Below, one piece after another: positions 63,458-64,000 of a stretch of 64,000 nucleotides of DNA. This DNA is from Macrostomum lignano. Lineage: Eukaryota. Position numbers and translations under genes: made by a program. Under the pieces are notes generated by a model. That model did no database searches, was not told the origin of the DNA, and saw nothing but the letters and a program-made list of their open reading frames with translations. Each line of letters opens with the position of its first letter. The stretch's first letter is position 1. Location: contig NIVC01001457.1 in NCBI GenBank assembly GCA_002269645.1, positions 62,001 through 126,000 of the forward strand, given 5' to 3'.

Positions 63458-64000
63458 TCAATCAATCTCTGCTGTTTCTGGCAACTTTGCAACTGCTAAT
63501 TGAGGCGCATGAGCGCTGCTTTGATGCACTTGCACTTTTGTGACCTGCATCTCAGAGCTACTACGAACGGCTGATTTTGATGTAGATGATGATGCTGGAA
63601 CGCCAACAGTTTTCACTGCAGGCTGAGGCGGCGGGAACCGCCTGGAGTAGCGCACAGACGGATTTCGAGACAGAGGCGGCTGCGACAGTCGCTGCTGATC
63701 GATTTGCCTGGCCAGCAGTTCGTCCATCGCGGCCGCTGCTGATGTCGACGAACAGTCGGAACTCGGCGAGTGCATCTCGTCCGCGGCACTTCGGCTGTCG
63801 GCTTGGATGTTGAACTGACGACGGCTGGACGGCGAAAACCGAAAGCTGGATGTCCGGGACAGAGCTAACAGGGTTGGCTTCTCTGCTGGAGTGCTTTGCA
63901 GAAGCAGCATTTCGGCCTGCTGTTGCAGACTCTGCTTAAGTTGTTGTTGCTTCATCAGTTGCTGCTTTTGTTCTTCATCGTCCGACAGGAAGCTGGCATT
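63458..64000 (-). CDS. Terminal exon of an unidentified gene (Ser/Gln/Pro-rich low-complexity C-terminus), open to window edge
   Basis: The ORF 63458-63955 frame stays open to 64000 (NASFLSDDEEQKQQLMKQQQ...). It is GC-rich, ends in a stop and is followed by AT-rich 3'UTR-like sequence. Confidence 0.6.
   Translation of the reverse strand, partial: NASFLSDDEEQKQQLMKQQQLKQSLQQQAEMLLLQSTPAEKPTLLALSRTSSFRFSPSSRRQFNIQADSRSAADEMHSPSSDCSSTSAAAAMDELLARQIDQQRLSQPPLSRNPSVRYSRRFPPPQPAVKTVGVPASSSTSKSAVRSSSEMQVTKVQVHQSSAHAPQLAVAKLPETAEID

Overview
Eukaryotic (animal) genomic DNA with GC-rich exons and introns mostly filled by micro/minisatellites. The style resembles a free-living flatworm such as Macrostomum (inference only). 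I reconstructed six complete intron-containing genes by hand from GT/AG boundaries and phase continuity: a laminin beta chain (+, 3486-19576, 21 exons, ~1860 aa), an orphan Ig-like/mucin-stalk type I membrane protein (+, 29646-33550), a DEG/ENaC channel (+, 35291-42068), RPL23A (+, 45359-50869, 5-kb intron), a universal stress protein (-, 52364-53509) and a large WD40-like protein (-, 54580-62078). The 3' end of a seventh gene lies at the right edge. Non-coding content includes a 5.5-kb 16-bp satellite, about 30 other tandem arrays, three CORE-type tRNA SINE copies, a 5'-truncated LINE, a 2.6-kb CCC...GGG CACTA-like element that splits a SINE, and several MITEs with TIRs and TSDs. The most unusual signal is a 298-bp MITE (8-bp TSD) carrying a ~64-nt 28S rRNA helix 69-71 fragment, altered at the R2/I-PpoI target site and nested in another element inside the RPL23A intron. 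There are no prokaryotic features (CRISPR, operons). All coordinates were derived by eye, and repeat boundaries are approximate.
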